Assembly (NCBI GenBank): GCA_015680685.1
Contig: MNCI01000381.1
Location: 266,421 to 330,420, forward strand
Reading direction: 5' to 3'
Length of the DNA stretch: 64,000 bases
Source of the DNA: Gnetum montanum
Taxonomy: Eukaryota; Plantae; Gnetophyta
Shown here: piece by piece, positions 1-13,890 of the stretch
Numbering within the stretch: position 1 is the first letter of the stretch
Layout: every line of letters starts with the position of its first letter
Notes under the pieces: generated by a model
What the model was told of the DNA's origin: nothing
What the model saw: the letters and a program-made list of their open reading frames with translations, nothing else
Database searches by the model: none
Position numbers and translations under genes: made by a program

Positions 1-702
1 TCGCGCAATCCGGTCGAACTCCGCAGATGGACTAGTTATGGTATCTAGATAGTTAGCCTTAGGTCGCAGTTCNNNNNNNNNNNNNNNNNNNNNNNNNNNN
101 NNNNNNNNNNNNNNNNNNNNNNNNNNNNNNNNNNNNNNNNNNNNNNNNNNNNNNNNNNNNNNNNNNNNNNNNNNNNNNNNNNNNNNNNNNNNNNNNNNNN
201 NNNNNNNNNNNNNNNNNNNNNNNNNNNNNNNNNNNNNNNNNNNNNNNNNNNNNNNNNNNNNNNNNNNNNNNNNNNNNNNNNNNNNNNNNNNNNNNNNNNN
301 NNNNNNNNNNNNNNNNNNNNNNNNNNNNNNNNNNNNNNNNNNNNNNNNNNNNNNNNNNNNNNNNNNNNNNNNNNNNNNNNNNNNNNNNNNNNNNNNNNNN
401 NNTAAGTGAATGCTGCAATGATGAAGTAATCTCGATCTTTATTGCCGGTCATGTGCGTGTCCAAGTACGGCACACTCGAATAAAGACACCGTACAATCAC
501 ATTCACCACACTGCGGGCAGACACGGGAAAATTCTAACTCTGGAGGGATCAAACTGCCAGAGCTTCGCTACACTAAAACTGGGATCCCGAATAAGGGAGA
601 GCCGCCTCTTATTTATAGAAATTACGGCTAATTGCGATATCACGTACGCGATATCGCAGGGAAGGACGCGATATCGCGGCCGATGCAAACCACGTCTCAT
701 CA
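1..702 (-). mobile_element. Family A LTR (copy A1), cut by the window edge, inserted in gag of element B1
   Basis: Near-identical to 11678-12358; ends CTCATCA at 702; reverse TATA (cttatttatag ~608); CGCGATATCGCG motifs; CpG-rich; gap 73-402. The flank from 703 matches B2 gag near 50400-50445. Confidence 0.9.
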
Positions 703-2600
703 ATCATCCTTTGTTGCTTGAGAGGGATCCTTGGCTATTGCACATAGCTGCTTGTGTTTCTTCCGAGTGGCTTTGGTCATTTGTTTGTGTTGCATCTGTC
801 CACATTTTAATAGTTGGTTTAGCAACTTAGATGGTTTTAATGGTAGTGTAGTGTATTTGAACCTATCATTCCTTTCGAAGTTAGGTATGGTTGTTGTTGA
901 TGTAGTGGCCCTAGAGGTTGATGATTGGTTATTATGGTCATTAGTAGGGACCTTGGGTGGATTGAACTTTGGCCCTTGGTTCATGGTCTTTGTTTCCTTG
1001 GTTACAGTTGCTACGGTCATGTTGTTTTGTTTTCTCTTTTCTTTGTCTCTCCAAGTATGTTCGTTTTATATGCTATATAGGCAAGATGATGACTTGCCTT
1101 CACAACATCATCTATATTTTTAGTTTGTGAGAATGCTTGGCTAAGAGACTATGGATCTAGGTAGTAGAGTTTAGACTTGATAAAGTCATTAAATGCTCCC
1201 TTAAATATGGCTAACAAGTGGGCTTTAGCTATAGGCTTTGGTATTTCATTCAGTAGTTCATTCCACTGTTGAATGAATTTTTGCATAGATTCTAAGGGTC
1301 CTTGGTTGACCTTCATGAGTTGGTTAAGCATTATGTTAAGCTTCAAGTTATACTTCAAGCATTATGTTACACATTATGTCAAGCTTCAAGCAGTTGAAAA
1401 ACTAGGCTACTAAGTCCTCCAAAGAGGATATGGACCCTCTAGGTAATGTGTGTTACCAATCAGGTGCTTTCCCAGTCAAAGACATAGGGAAAATTNTTAC
1501 CAATCAGGTGCTTTCCCAGTCAAAGACATAGGGAAAATTTTCAAGATGGTATGAGGCCATAGCTACAAGAGTAAACATTCACATCAAAAGGTAATATAGT
1601 GAGCATTAGGGTTACGTTGTCCATTATATTTGCTAAATTGAGGAATAGGGACACTAGGAGGAAGTGTAAAGGGTAGGACTATAGGACTTATGGGATCATC
1701 TTGGTAGAAGTCCATAATTTTGATGGTTTGTGAAGTAGAGGCTTTAAGCCTCTTCAACTCCTCTATTAGGTATTGGATCATCTAGAAGGCTTGATGTAGG
1801 CCCTGTGATCACTGTGTTGGTTGTGGACTTTGCACATATGGTTGTGGCATTTGTTGTCGGCCTTGCTATGGGTTGCATGACAGAAGGAAGAGGTTGTGCT
1901 ATGATTGTGACTTGTGGGCCAAACAAAGAAAAGGATGTTTGTGTCAATACTTAAGGCACAAACAAGACAAATGGGGTGTGTGACCCTTGTGTTGTTTGGG
2001 GTTCCCATGGTGGATCCCACGTGAGTAATTAGCAAATTTGTGGTGGTAAAAATGACTGTCGATGATTTTATATATCGAGACTATGTTGTAAATGGCATTG
2101 ATGTGTTATAGTTTGTTGTTTGTGGCATTGGCTAAGTGTGATGTATGGCTATAACCAACATGGGATCTGTTGTAGTAGGGTAGGAAGGAGTGGAAAATGG
2201 TGGCACCATGCCCATGGAGAAAACAAAAGCATTAGAGAAAGGTGCTACCTTGGGGGATGTTTGTTGGAACAACCCTCCCAGGATGTTTTCAGGCTCAAAT
2301 TTTGCCTTAAATTCATCCTCCTCTTCCTGTTGTTCCTTAGAGCTATGCTTGTCATCTTCCCCTTTAGTGGCAATCAATTAGCTAGGATGTTAGCATAGAT
2401 GTCATTAAGGGGAATGTGGTCATGCGGGGAAGGGATGTACTCCTTCCCACTCCTATGTATCAGCTCAAACTCCCTCTTGACCTCTGCTTTAGTACATGAA
2501 ATTAGCATGCCTGCTTGTATATTAGCATAAATGAAGTTATAATGATCTTTATTTATGGTTGTAAAATCAGGACTCCCCCCTTTGACTTTTAAAGATTATG
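703..2600 (-). pseudogene. gag: Degenerate gag of B1
   Basis: ORF fragments 2132-2377, 1584-1781 (IPQFSKYNG..PNAH, retrotransposon gag motif), 1149-1358 and 700-1020, all matching B2 gag. Confidence 0.8.
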
Positions 2601-2837
2601 GCTATAGTGATGAGAATGGCTTAAAATAGGCTATAAATGGTGAAATAAAAGTAAATTATAGCAAATGAAATTCAAAAAATTTTAAAGGAAATGAAAATGC
2701 TAAAAAATAAGGTACTTACTATAATTAGTAAGTGGGGAATAAGAGGGGTTTCCCCCCTTACCAAGAATAGAAAGTTTGAAATGTTGGTTTCAAGCCCCAT
2801 CCAAGTTGGCCTCCCAACTGCCTCTACATTGGGTATG

Positions 2838-3345
2838 GCAGGGGGGGGGGATGGTGGGTGAGATAATGGAAATCTCACACCTTCTAACTCAATGTTGATG
2901 AGAGGGAAGGCTAAACACGAAAGTGGAAAGTTTGGGTTTTTCTCACTGAAACTTGATTTTAGTAGGATGCCAATTCACTTAGCTTGAAAAAGTAGAGGGA
3001 AGCTAACTTCTGGAAGTTTGGTAATTTTTGGAAGGATTGCACCATCCACTCTAGAAACTAAAAGAAAATTGGCCGCAAAAAGAAAAAGGATGAAAAGGCT
3101 TCAATGTTGGTCTTGGAGGAAAAAAAATTGATAGCAAGTGTTGTGAAAAGTGACCACCCAACCATGTGCAACTTCCATGCTACAGTTTTGGTCCAAGGTA
3201 GGTGGGGGGTGGGGGGGTGGGGGGAAGGGGGTGTGGTGGAGGAAGGGGGCGAGGGGTGTGGAGATGAAGGGGGATGAGATGATGGAAATATCACACCTTC
3301 TAATCCAATGTTGGAGAGAAGGGGAAGAAAGTTTGAAGGTCAAAA
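2838..3345 (+). repeat. G-rich subrepeats in the family B 5' region (potential G-quadruplex)
   Basis: G runs at 2840-2850 and 3196-3275. The unit GAGAT(A/G)ATGGAAAT(C/A)TCACACCTTCTAA..CAATGTTG occurs twice. The B2 equivalent is C-rich and borders gap 46825-47756. Confidence 0.7.
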
Positions 3346-6300
3346 TGGAAACTTGGTAGTTTTAAGAAAAAAAAAAACAATTTTGGGAAGCTTCCAATTT
3401 TTCACAAAGGAGGGGAAAGTAGGTTTAGTTGGTGTGAAAACCAACATTAGTTTTATGGCAAAAAATGTGGTAGGAAAAATTGAATGGTTGTTAAGGATTC
3501 CATGCTAGTTTTGAAAATTCATAGCAAATGTTGTGAAATTTCAACACCCAAACCACCTGCAACTTCCATGCTGAGGTTTCTACCACATGGGGGAAGAGGT
3601 AGGTAAGTACAATGTTGGATTTCCAAGGTTTTGGCTACAAAAATACAAGTTTACTACTAAAGGACAATGTTGGCAATATGGATAATAGATTTTTGGCATA
3701 GAATTTAGGTGGAGTCCCTCCTTCTAGTGTTAAGAAAAACTGTTATGATTGAAAATCTCGATTGCTAGAAGAACTAGAGATCCTTTGTGTAGCAGTTCCT
3801 CAACCTCAAATCCCCAGGGCCTCTATAAGAAAAATGGAATTTGAGGGGCCCTAGTCAGTTTGGCAAATCAACTAGGGCCTTATGAAATGTAAAATGTGGA
3901 AATACAAACAGATCCAAATAATGCATAGAAAATAAATTTATTTTGAACACAAAGCTTAAAACTTAGAACTTTATTAAGAAAGAATAAAGAGTAAGTTAGA
4001 GAAATGTGTACAAATGGTGCCTGAATGAGCAGAAAGTGGGTTCACTTATGTAGGAGTTCAAAGCCCATTGAAGTCAATGTGATATGCTCCAAATTTAGGT
4101 GAGATGGGTTCCCAAATTTGAGGGTTCCTATACATAGTAAGTGCTTATCCTCATGGCCATTCCATTTACTATAAATAGTAACTGGGGCACACCTTCCACA
4201 CTAAAGATGAATCTTTCATGCTAAGCTCTCTACCATGCTTGTTGAAGTGTTTGGTCAATGTTGAAGTGCATGAAGTGATGAATTTTATCTTTTGTGGCTT
4301 CCATGTTGGGGGATGCAATTTTCAATGCTGGGGGTGAAGACTCTATGCTAGGGGAAAACTTCCATGTTGGGGGGTGGTGGTGGTGGTTAGTGGTGGGGTG
4401 GGAGGGAGGGAAAGGGAGGAGGGGTAGGGGTTTGCATATAAGGTTTCTAGGCTATGCATGTGGTCTCCACACTGAAGGGGAAAAGTTTCAAAATCCCCAT
4501 CCTTCCACACTGAGGATAGGTGAGATTTACCCCTGCATGTGCTTTGAGTGTATAAAAATGCATACCCCCCATAAAACCCATGAAATTTCCTTTTTTGGCA
4601 TTCCAAAATGCATTTTGACTCCCTAAATATAGACACTAGATGACCTTTTTTACTTGGGCAATGAGGCTTTGACCACTTATGAGGCAATTTTCAAACCCAA
4701 AAGTATAAATTATGTGAAATTGCCCAATGTGGGTTATAATCTTCACATTTACAATGAAGTTTTTTCTCAAGTTTCATGGGGTGAAAGCTACATGATGAAG
4801 ATTGACTATAACATGCAAATTTTTGTGGTTTTTAACTTTCCTTGGTATCTTAAAATAAGGAAACATAGAATAAGACAATTGAGATCCCTTTTTAGTGAAG
4901 AAGTAATGTAGCCTAGAAAAGACCAGACATCTACAGCTTTGATCACCACTAGTACTGACACTTCAACATCTTAGTAGGCCTTAGCATTAAATGATTTTCC
5001 CTTAGGATACATCATCAAGGGAGGGCCAAAATTAATGAAGGTAAAAATTGCTAAAGGAAGGTTAATTTTTGAACAACATAATCCAAAGAAGCCAAGAATT
5101 AAAAAGTTTCTTATCTTTCAATACAAGAATATAGATCAAGAAATAGACATAACAAAAATGATCATGATACATCATGAATTAGTAGAAAACCTATCGACTA
5201 TCATTGTGGATTGTTCAAGAACTATTGACGAAACCATTCAAGATCAATAATTGGAAATTGATAGACTAAAGAGTCTGTAACATACAATATAATTAGAATT
5301 GAAACTATTTAAAAGAAAATATGAAAAGCAGATAAAAATTTCTCAAATCAAAGAGGCCAATATCAAAGCTTTAAAGATAGAAAATATGGAATTTTAGTGA
5401 GAACTGGTTGAAAAAGGGAACAATAGATCTATAGTCAACAATTTAAGCCAAGAAGCTAGTTTCAATTTTGTTATGGATGTAAATTTCCATGAAGAAACAT
5501 GCAAAAAATATCTTGATAGAAAATAACGAATTTAAGGGTAGGAAAGAGTTCTTTAAACTAGTGGAAGCAAAAACTACCAAGTTTATTGAATGGACCAACA
5601 CCATAAGGAATCATTTGCCTAAACAAGTGGTCACATTTTTTATGATGTCATGATTGGGACCATGAATAGAGTTCAAAGGATTCAAAGGGCTAAGGCAGAG
5701 ATGGACAAGACATTGCAAGACATTTACAAGTGTAAAGTAACTATAATTGATACTATTAGTACCATAAAATTAAAGGATGGTGATCAGTTAGGAATAAAAT
5801 TAGCACAATCATTTTCTACCGTAAGAATAGAAGAAATGGCTAAAGCAGTATTGTTACTGTATAACCAAATTTATCAAAAGTACCAAGTCTAGTAAGAAGA
5901 AGATCATATTAAAGGCTTCTAGGTAGAAAATGCAACAACAGAAAAAATCTAATAGCAAGTAGCAAAATTGCAATTTGTTAGAGATACTTTTGAAGTAAAA
6001 ATGACCAATAGTTAGCTCTAATAACTATTTTTGTAAAAAGGCTAGGGGAGGGATTTAAAAAGAAAAAAGGTAGAAAGCAAGCAAGAATAGGTGGAAATAC
6101 TTTTGATAAGTAATACATGACATTTTAAAGTTTCAAGTTTAGCTAATTTGATTTTGTCTTATGATATATATTCTTGTTATTTCTATTTTCTCTCTATAAC
6201 TGCTTAGCTAGAAGTATGAAGCTTTTCAATGCCTATGTTCTTTTTGGAGTTGTTTGATTGGTTTTTCATAGAGAGTTAAACTTTTCTTGTTATCACAAAA

Positions 6301-6473
6301 TGATATGAATAGCTTTATTTTTCTTAAGTATTCACTTAGCATTGTGAAGGCACATTTTTATTACTAAGATTTAGGTAATTTGATAAGTTTATATTTAAAC
6401 CATTGAAGTTTGCTTTGTTTCCAACTTTATTGTAGAACAATCTATTAGGAAATTTGGTTACAAATTTATCAAA

Positions 6474-6486
6474 TGGCGCTTTGGCA
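6474..6486 (+). promoter_or_regulatory. Degenerate primer-binding site of E1 (TGGCGC type)
   Basis: TTATCA-AA-TGGCGCTTTGGC resembles the Athila PBS TGGCGCCGTTGCC. Confidence 0.55.
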
Positions 6487-7399
6487 TAAAAATGAGGAAA
6501 GGAGTACTATAAGCATTATTCAGCCATGACTTTATAGACTAGGTAGTAAGAAGAAATAAAAGTCTATTTTACTCATGAGACAGTTTCAATAGGTTGATAT
6601 TTTTTTTTATTTTTAGAAAATTACATACTATTACATAAATAATTGTATGACCTTTGAATGATACATACAAGTTTAGGTTATATAAATAACTTTGTTAATC
6701 CATTGATTTTATTTAGAGGTATCTTGCTCTTGGTGTTTCCCAGAAACCAACAAGCACCGAAACTCAAGTTTGAAAGAACACTTGTCTTAGTGATTTTTGT
6801 TACCAAGTCAACACTTATAGTGTTGGTGGTGAAATAGGGTATTCAAAATGACCCCCAACATTAAGATTATTGACTAATTAATTTTCTTGAAGTTTTGATT
6901 GCATATATGGGTCTCAAGCTTGGGATTAGATGATTATGACAACATTGTTAGAAGCTTTTGGCATGCTGGAGTTGCATTATAAATTTCACTAAGATTTCCC
7001 AAAGATTAAGAATCTATAATTTCAGGCATATCTCCTTGAATTTTCCATAATCTTCTCTAGATTAAGGTAAAAAAAGAAGAAGAAAAAACAAAATAGCAGC
7101 CAATGAAACACCATGGCTGAAGCAGCAATGCTGTTAAAATAGAACATTTTTACTTGTTAGCTCCTTCCGTAATCTGGTGTGCTAGAAATATGGATTGTAT
7201 TTGCAATTACCAATGAATACCCAAAGATGATCGATTATTTTAACGCCGGGGTATTATGATAAATAAAAAATACCAGAAAACGCCGGTATCTTGTGGGTGC
7301 TTCTCTTCTTGGTAGTTGCCTTTGCATTGGCAGAACTAAACTTGAGATTATGAATGGAGTGTAGAACCGATCCATTGTCAAAGTTGTAGGAAACCATCA

Positions 7400-10300
7400 C
7401 AAGAATTTCTTACTCTTCTCTATTGTGAAACTCTTGGAAATAGAGGACACATAATGCATTAATTGGTAGATACTATTCATTATTACGTAGGTGTCTAGGC
7501 CATGGATTTTCTTATAGGGAACAACTATGATACATCAACGATGGATTGAGGGAGAAAATAAGAGATACCCTTAGAGTATATGCCCAAGGTAGATTATCAA
7601 TGATAACAACTCATGAAATTTAAAGGTTACTAGATTAAATAGTAAAAGAAAAAGAAAAGTTGCGCAAAAGAGAATGTGATAAAGAGTATAATAGAGACCT
7701 AGCCATTAGAAAAAGAAATGTCAGGTTATATGAAACGCAAGAAGAAGAATCCTTAGAAGATGTGATCTAGTGAAAGACTTTACCTATTTAGATATTGATA
7801 AATAATATTGCAATAAAGGTAGAGAAAATATAGGACTTTGTAGAATAAAAATTTATCATAGCATTGAAGATAGTAGAAGAGAAAATCGAACAAGTCTTTA
7901 ACAAAAATTAGGAGAAGAAAAGGAAAAAGGATAAGAGACATGAGAATTATAAAAACAAAGGAAATGTTACTATGATGGAGAAAATTACAAACTCAAGTTA
8001 TAAAGATTATAATAGACGCAAAGTGTATTAGGATGAACATCCTAAGGGATGTTGTTCTATTATGGTCCACTTACAAGAATCCAAGGCATACATACTGCAT
8101 CCATAGTGTGATAAAAAATAAATGTCTATATGATTACCTTACTTACAAGGTAATTACAGATAACCCTACCAACAATCATATTATCCAAGGAGGGCTTTTC
8201 CTCAATTACAAGAGAAATACCAATAGTAGTGGTAATAACCACAGTCATGGGGGATGCCATTGCCAAGATAAAATTATCCATATCAATAATCAGATCCTTA
8301 TGGATACTATGTATAGTGTCTTATATCTCTTAGAAATACTCACGCTCATGCTTCTTCTTCCTACTATTCAGTAGAATATCATAGGCCTATAACCCCACAC
8401 ATGGAGTCACATGCTTACATGTCTTAACTAGCAGTAGGTCCATCCTATCAAGCTTCCAATTCTATAGCACTAGTACCATTGCTAGTCATGCAAGGGGAAT
8501 TGTGAACATTGCCACAATTGAAAACTACTACCAGAATAATTACTACTCAAGATGATATCACTAGTACAAGTGAACCAAGATCTAGGAAACATCCCTTCTT
8601 TAGGACAAGTCTAGAAAAGGTTCAAAGGATAAGTACTTCCTAACCCTACTTCTTCCACACAAAGTCCTCAAGATAGTACTATGCTTCCAATTTCAATAGA
8701 GAAGTACCTAACCAGTTTCATGCTTAGATAAATGATAACACACTAGATAAAGATAGGAGCACTTCTCAAGAGAAGAATAGATCTAGGAAGTCCTTTAATC
8801 TATCTCCAAATAGTAGAACACAAGACATGTAAAGCTCTATTAGATTTTGGGTTAGGAGTGAATCTCATTTTTTAAGACATGTATAAGGCCTAGAATTTAT
8901 TTCCATTAAAGAAATGCAACATTCAACTAGAGCCAACCAACCAATTTATTACTATTCCACTAGGAAAGTGGAAGACATGATAACTACCATAAGTGGCTGG
9001 TCTTACCCCCCTAATTTTCTAGTTATTCATGTATGGAAGAATAAAGGAGAATTTTCTATGATCATGAGGAGATCATGGCTTGGCACCTTGGATGCTTAGT
9101 TCAGGATTATGGATTTATCTTTGAAAATTTCCAAGGATAATGAAGTTATAATTATTTAGATACGTAGAATTTCATGTATTGCATATAGTAATAATGAGTA
9201 TAATTATGTGTAGAAAGTCTAGATGATAAGATAAGATACCCTTTCAACATGCAACAAATGTGTTAAGGATATGTGTATATAATAATTTTTGTATGCAACA
9301 GCCACAAAACAAGAAGATACCTAGTGACTAACTAATGAAGAAGAATTAAGATCAAACATATGGATGGAACCAATTGATAAAATTACAAGTGCCTACATTG
9401 AATAAACTAATAAAATAGAGAAAATACAAAAAAAAAAAATCTTCGTAAATGAAGTCTCAACAAGATGAAGATGCTGAATAGGAAAAATTAGGGATACTAG
9501 ATAAGTATGAACCAGAATTACTAGAACTAAAAAATTGGTAATTATAGATTCCAATCTTGAGAAATAACATAAGATAAAATTATTGGAAGTAGTAAAAAAA
9601 TAGCCAAATGTATTCGCATAGTCTTTTGATGAAATCATTGGCATTGATCCATGTATTTTTCAACATCAAATGTATATTGATCAAGCTATTTAACCATGCC
9701 ATCAATCTCAATGAAGATTAAACTCAACACTTAAAGAAGTTATCAACCAATAATTAGAAAATCTATTAAAAGTAGGGTTCATCTATCCTATCACAAAGAC
9801 TGAATTGGTTAGTCCATTAGTCATTGTCACAAAGAAGGATTTCAAGTAGAGGGTCTGTATAGATATTTGACTATTAAACATGGTAACATTTAAAGATAAT
9901 TTTTCTTTACCATTTATTAATCAAGTTCTAGATACTATTGCATGGAACTAGTATTAAAATTTTTTGGATGAATACAATGGATGTAACCATATTTATATTG
10001 CACTAGAAGACTAAGAGAAGACACCATTCACTAGCTAGTGGAAAATGTTTGGATATAGGCAAATGCCATTTAGCCTGTGTAATGCCCCAACCATGTTCTA
10101 GAGACTTGTTCTCAACATCTTCCAAATATAGATTGGTAACGGAGTTGAGGTATTTATGGATGAATTTTCTATGTATGGACTTGACTTCAAACAGGCTTTG
10201 GACCACTTAAAGTAAGTTTTGAAATGATGTGTTAAGATAAATTTAAAGCTCAATTAGTAGAAGAGCCACTGATTGGTCCAAGATGACATAGTTCTAGGAC

Positions 10301-12980
10301 ATAAGGTATCCTACAAAGGAATAAAGATAGATCCACAAAAAAAATTAGAGTAATTCAAAACATTACCCAAAGACCATAGACAGTTAAGGATGTTTGATTA
10401 TTCCTTGGTCATACATGGTACTATAGAAGATTTATTAAAAAATTTTCAAATATTGCAAAGCTACTTATTTAACTAACAAAGAAAGATGCATCATTCTAGT
10501 GGTTCAAACAATGTGAAAGACATTTGAAAGCCTAAAATAAGAATTGATTGAGATATTAATCTTCAGAGCTTTGGGTTGGTCTCAGTCTTTTCACATCATG
10601 ACCAATGCTTCAAATTGTGCATTAGAAGTAGTATTGACCTTGCTAGATCATCAAAAGTGACCATATTACATACACTATGGTAATAAAAGCATTATTAGAG
10701 CATAACTTAATCATATCGCTATAGAAAAGGAGCTTATGACTATGGTATATGCATTTGAAAAATTCAAAAATTATGTGATTGGGTATTCAATCTATGTTTA
10801 TAAAGACCATAGTAAAACTAGATTTTTAATAAATAAACCAAAGGTTAGTCTAAGAGTGATAAGATGGCTCATCATACTACAAGAATTTGACATAACAATG
10901 ATTGATAGGAAAGGAATTGAGAATGTTGTAGCTAATCACCTATCAAGACTAAGATGGAATTTCCAAGAGAATCAAGAACCATTATTAGATTAGTTCCCTA
11001 ATGAAAATTTATTTACTAAGATAGTAATGGTTATAGATTTCTATAGCAAAGTTATGGATTACTGATTATATGACATATATAACTACACAAGAATTGCCTG
11101 TTGAATGGGATAAAAAGAAAAAAAGAACAGTTTCTTCACAAGGTAAAATGATATATGGAGATTAAAGGAAATCTTTATAAGATATGTGCAAATGGTTTAA
11201 TATGTATGTATTTTAGAGGAGAATTACCAAAGAGTTTTGCAAGATGCACATGAAGGATCATGTGGTGATCATTATGCAGGATGAACAATAGCACTAAAAT
11301 TGATGATGATAGGTTATTTTTATCATCCCATATTTAAAGATGCACATGAGTTTACAAAATCTTGTGAAAGATGCCAAAAGGATGAAGGAATGATTGCAAA
11401 AAATGAAGGACCACTATAATGAATAAAATCATTGAAATAGTTTAATATTTGGTAAATTGATTTTATGAGACCCATTACACCAATGTCAAATAGAAAATCC
11501 TATATTATCATGACTATTAATTATTGCACCAAGTGGGTAGAAGTAATTGTAGTTAAAGATTGCAAGATCACAATAGCTGTACGATTCTTTCAACAACATG
11601 TAGTGAATGTATTTGGAGTGCCACAAATGTTAATATCAAATAGTAGGACTCATTTCACTGGAGCTACATTTAATAAATGATGAGTGGCAAGGTACCCCTA
11701 CACTCAACCATACGAAACGAGCATCACACGCGCGATCCGGTTGAACTCCGTAGATGGACTAGTTGTGGCACCTAGATAGTTAGCCTTAGGTCGCAGTTNN
11801 NNNNNNNNNNNNNNNNNNNNNNNNNNNNNNNNNNNNNNNNNNNNNNNNNNNNNNNNNNNNNNNNNNNNNNNNNNNNNNNNNNNNNNNNNNNNNNNNNNNN
11901 NNNNNNNNNNNNNNNNNNNNNNNNNNNNACTAGCCGTACACACCCGTAGATGCTCGTAGTCAAGTCGTACTCACACCGCGCTATGAAAGCAATAAATAAC
12001 ATTAAATAAATAACAAATAAATAAACTAAGTGAATGCTGCAATGATGAAGTAATCTCGATCTTTATTGTCGATCATGTGCGTGTCCAAGTACGACACACT
12101 CGAATAAAGACACCGTACAATCACATTCACCACACTGCGGGTAGACACGGGAAAAATTCTAACTCTGGAGGGATCAAACTGCTAGAGCTTCGCTACTCTA
12201 AAACTAGGATTCCGAACAAGGGAGAGCTGCATCTTATTTATAGATATGGCTGCGGACTGCGATATCGTGTACGCGATATCGTAGGGAAAGATGCGATATA
12301 GCGTCGGCTACGATATCGAGTATGCGATATCGCGGCCTGTGTGAACCGCATCTCATCAATAAACTTATGCAATATTTTGGGGTGAATCATAAACTAACCA
12401 CACCCTATCACCTCCAAGGGAATGATCAAACCAAAGTTACAAAAAGAGAGATTACATGCATATTAGCTAGAATTATTAGTAGATATAGGAAAGATTGGAG
12501 CATTAAGCTTAATGATGCTACATGAACATATCAGTTCACTTGAAAACTTCTTATAGGATATTTGTTGTATGAACTGGTCTATGGTAAATTGCCAACCTTG
12601 CCAATCCAAGCAAAGATAAATACTGTTACAAGTGCCCATGCACTTGACCTAGACTTAGACTTAGCCAAGAAGGAATGATTAATGCATCTTAATCTACTGG
12701 ATGAAAATAGATTAGTAGCTTAAATGAGTAATGAAATTCATAAGAAGTATTTCAAACATTGACATAACATCAAGATTAGAGAAGTTTTATTAGGCTTGGA
12801 GATAGAGTCCTTTACTATAACCCAAATTATGTCATCCCAAGGATGAAGTTTCACACTTTATGGGAAGGACCCTATATTTTCCATTCCACATATCAATTAG
12901 ACGCCATGTAAATTTACCACACAACCAACTCAGAAAAAGTAATCCTTGCCAACATTTAATAAGTTAAAAACAATTTTATG
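7400..12980 (+). pseudogene. Degenerate gag-pol of E1
   Basis: gag LLRRCLGHGF..EQL.YINDGL (~7480); PR KALLDFGLGVNLI (~8830); RT FLDEYNG, QMPFSLCNAP, EVFMDEF (9960-10170); RH IRWLIILQEFD (~10860); INT HHCC zone ~11250-11375, INYCTKWVE, TTPYHLQGN. Confidence 0.9.
11678..12358 (-). mobile_element. Family A solo LTR (A2) inside the E1 integrase
   Basis: TGATGAG...CTCATCA termini; perfect 5-bp TSD ATAAA (11673-11677 / 12359-12363); integrase reads THFTGATFNK|LMQYFGVNH across it; gap 11799-11928. Confidence 0.95.
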
Positions 12981-13649
12981 GATTTTCTTCCTCAAAAGAG
13001 TCTACCACATATTCTGAACCATTCACTTCCCATTTGATCTCCTAAATTTCATTCTTAGACAATATTTGTGGGCATGTCATGTTTTATACTTAAGAACCAA
13101 ACAACCTTTTTACATTTTTTATATTTTTCTCAAAATTTTTACCATTTTCACATTTCTTATTATTTGCTCATTCTTTAAAATCTTCCAAGTTCTTTATACA
13201 TATTTCTATTCTTACATATTTTTCATTCTTTTTATAGTTTTACCATTTCTCATGTACATAGTTTTATTGATCCTTCTAATAAAGTGTAAAAGAATAGGCA
13301 ATATGTAGTTGAAATAATAAGAATTTTACCTTTGTTATTAAATCATTAAAGGACTAATTGTATATACAGTGAGACTACATCATCCATTCACTTATTTCCA
13401 ATAACAAGAGGATCTTACCATGGATATAATAACATTACTTTTATAATAAAATTAAAATAAATCTATGATCATTATGTCTAGATGGAAAGGTGAAGAACTA
13501 AGAGGAAATAAAAAGGGTATGACATCAAGGGGATTTATGAATTCTCTAAAAATAGTACTATGTGTCTCATTAAGCTATTAAGTTGTATTATTTACTTGAG
13601 TTCTAAAGAAAAATAAAAGCATGCTCTAAAATAATAGTTGTCTTACCAT

Positions 13650-13890
13650 GTCAATTGAAAGAAATCCTACCTATTCCTGAAGGTAGTCCTTTAGTAAGTT
13701 TGAAGAAGTAGTTACATAATAAATACACGTAATAATAATTTCTAGGGGTTCCACTAGAAAGAGATGTTATCCATACCTTAAGGTAGGAAACTTCTCAAGA
13801 ATTTCAAGATTATTTAGATTCACATTGGTTATGAAGCTAGAAAGACATGTTATCCATGCTTGAAGGTACTCCTCTATCCAATGGCCAAGT
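13650..13890 (+). repeat. E1 3' UTR repeat, three copies of CTAGAAAG..GTTACCCATGCCTGAAGGTA
   Basis: Units near 13655, 13752 and 13837; homologous array in E2 at 41075-41375. Confidence 0.75.

Larger units (their letters stand above)
703..4835 (-). mobile_element. Tat/Ogre-like Ty3/gypsy element B1 (5' region plus gag), truncated
   Basis: Reverse complement is colinear with B2 44910-50450 (e.g. MIQYLIEELKRLKASTSQTIKIMDFY vs MIQDLMEELKRLKASTSETIKIMNFY). Homology ends ~4835. Confidence 0.85.

Noticed and set aside
453-830. Repeated ORF MRVQVRHTRIKTPY (also 12077-12301)
   Set aside because: Antisense reading of family A LTR sequence; the frames diverge between copies and cross the LTR boundary.
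1453-1539. Perfect 43-bp tandem duplication in B1 gag
   Set aside because: The copies are separated by a single N (1496) and B2 has one copy: a contig-overlap artefact.
7100-7290. Weak resemblance of a minus-strand translation to mitochondrial ccmFn
   Set aside because: Only a few scattered residues with stops; not supportable without a search.
13066-13308. Hydrophobic membrane-protein-like ORF
   Set aside because: T-rich post-pol UTR composition; the frame is not evidently conserved in E2.
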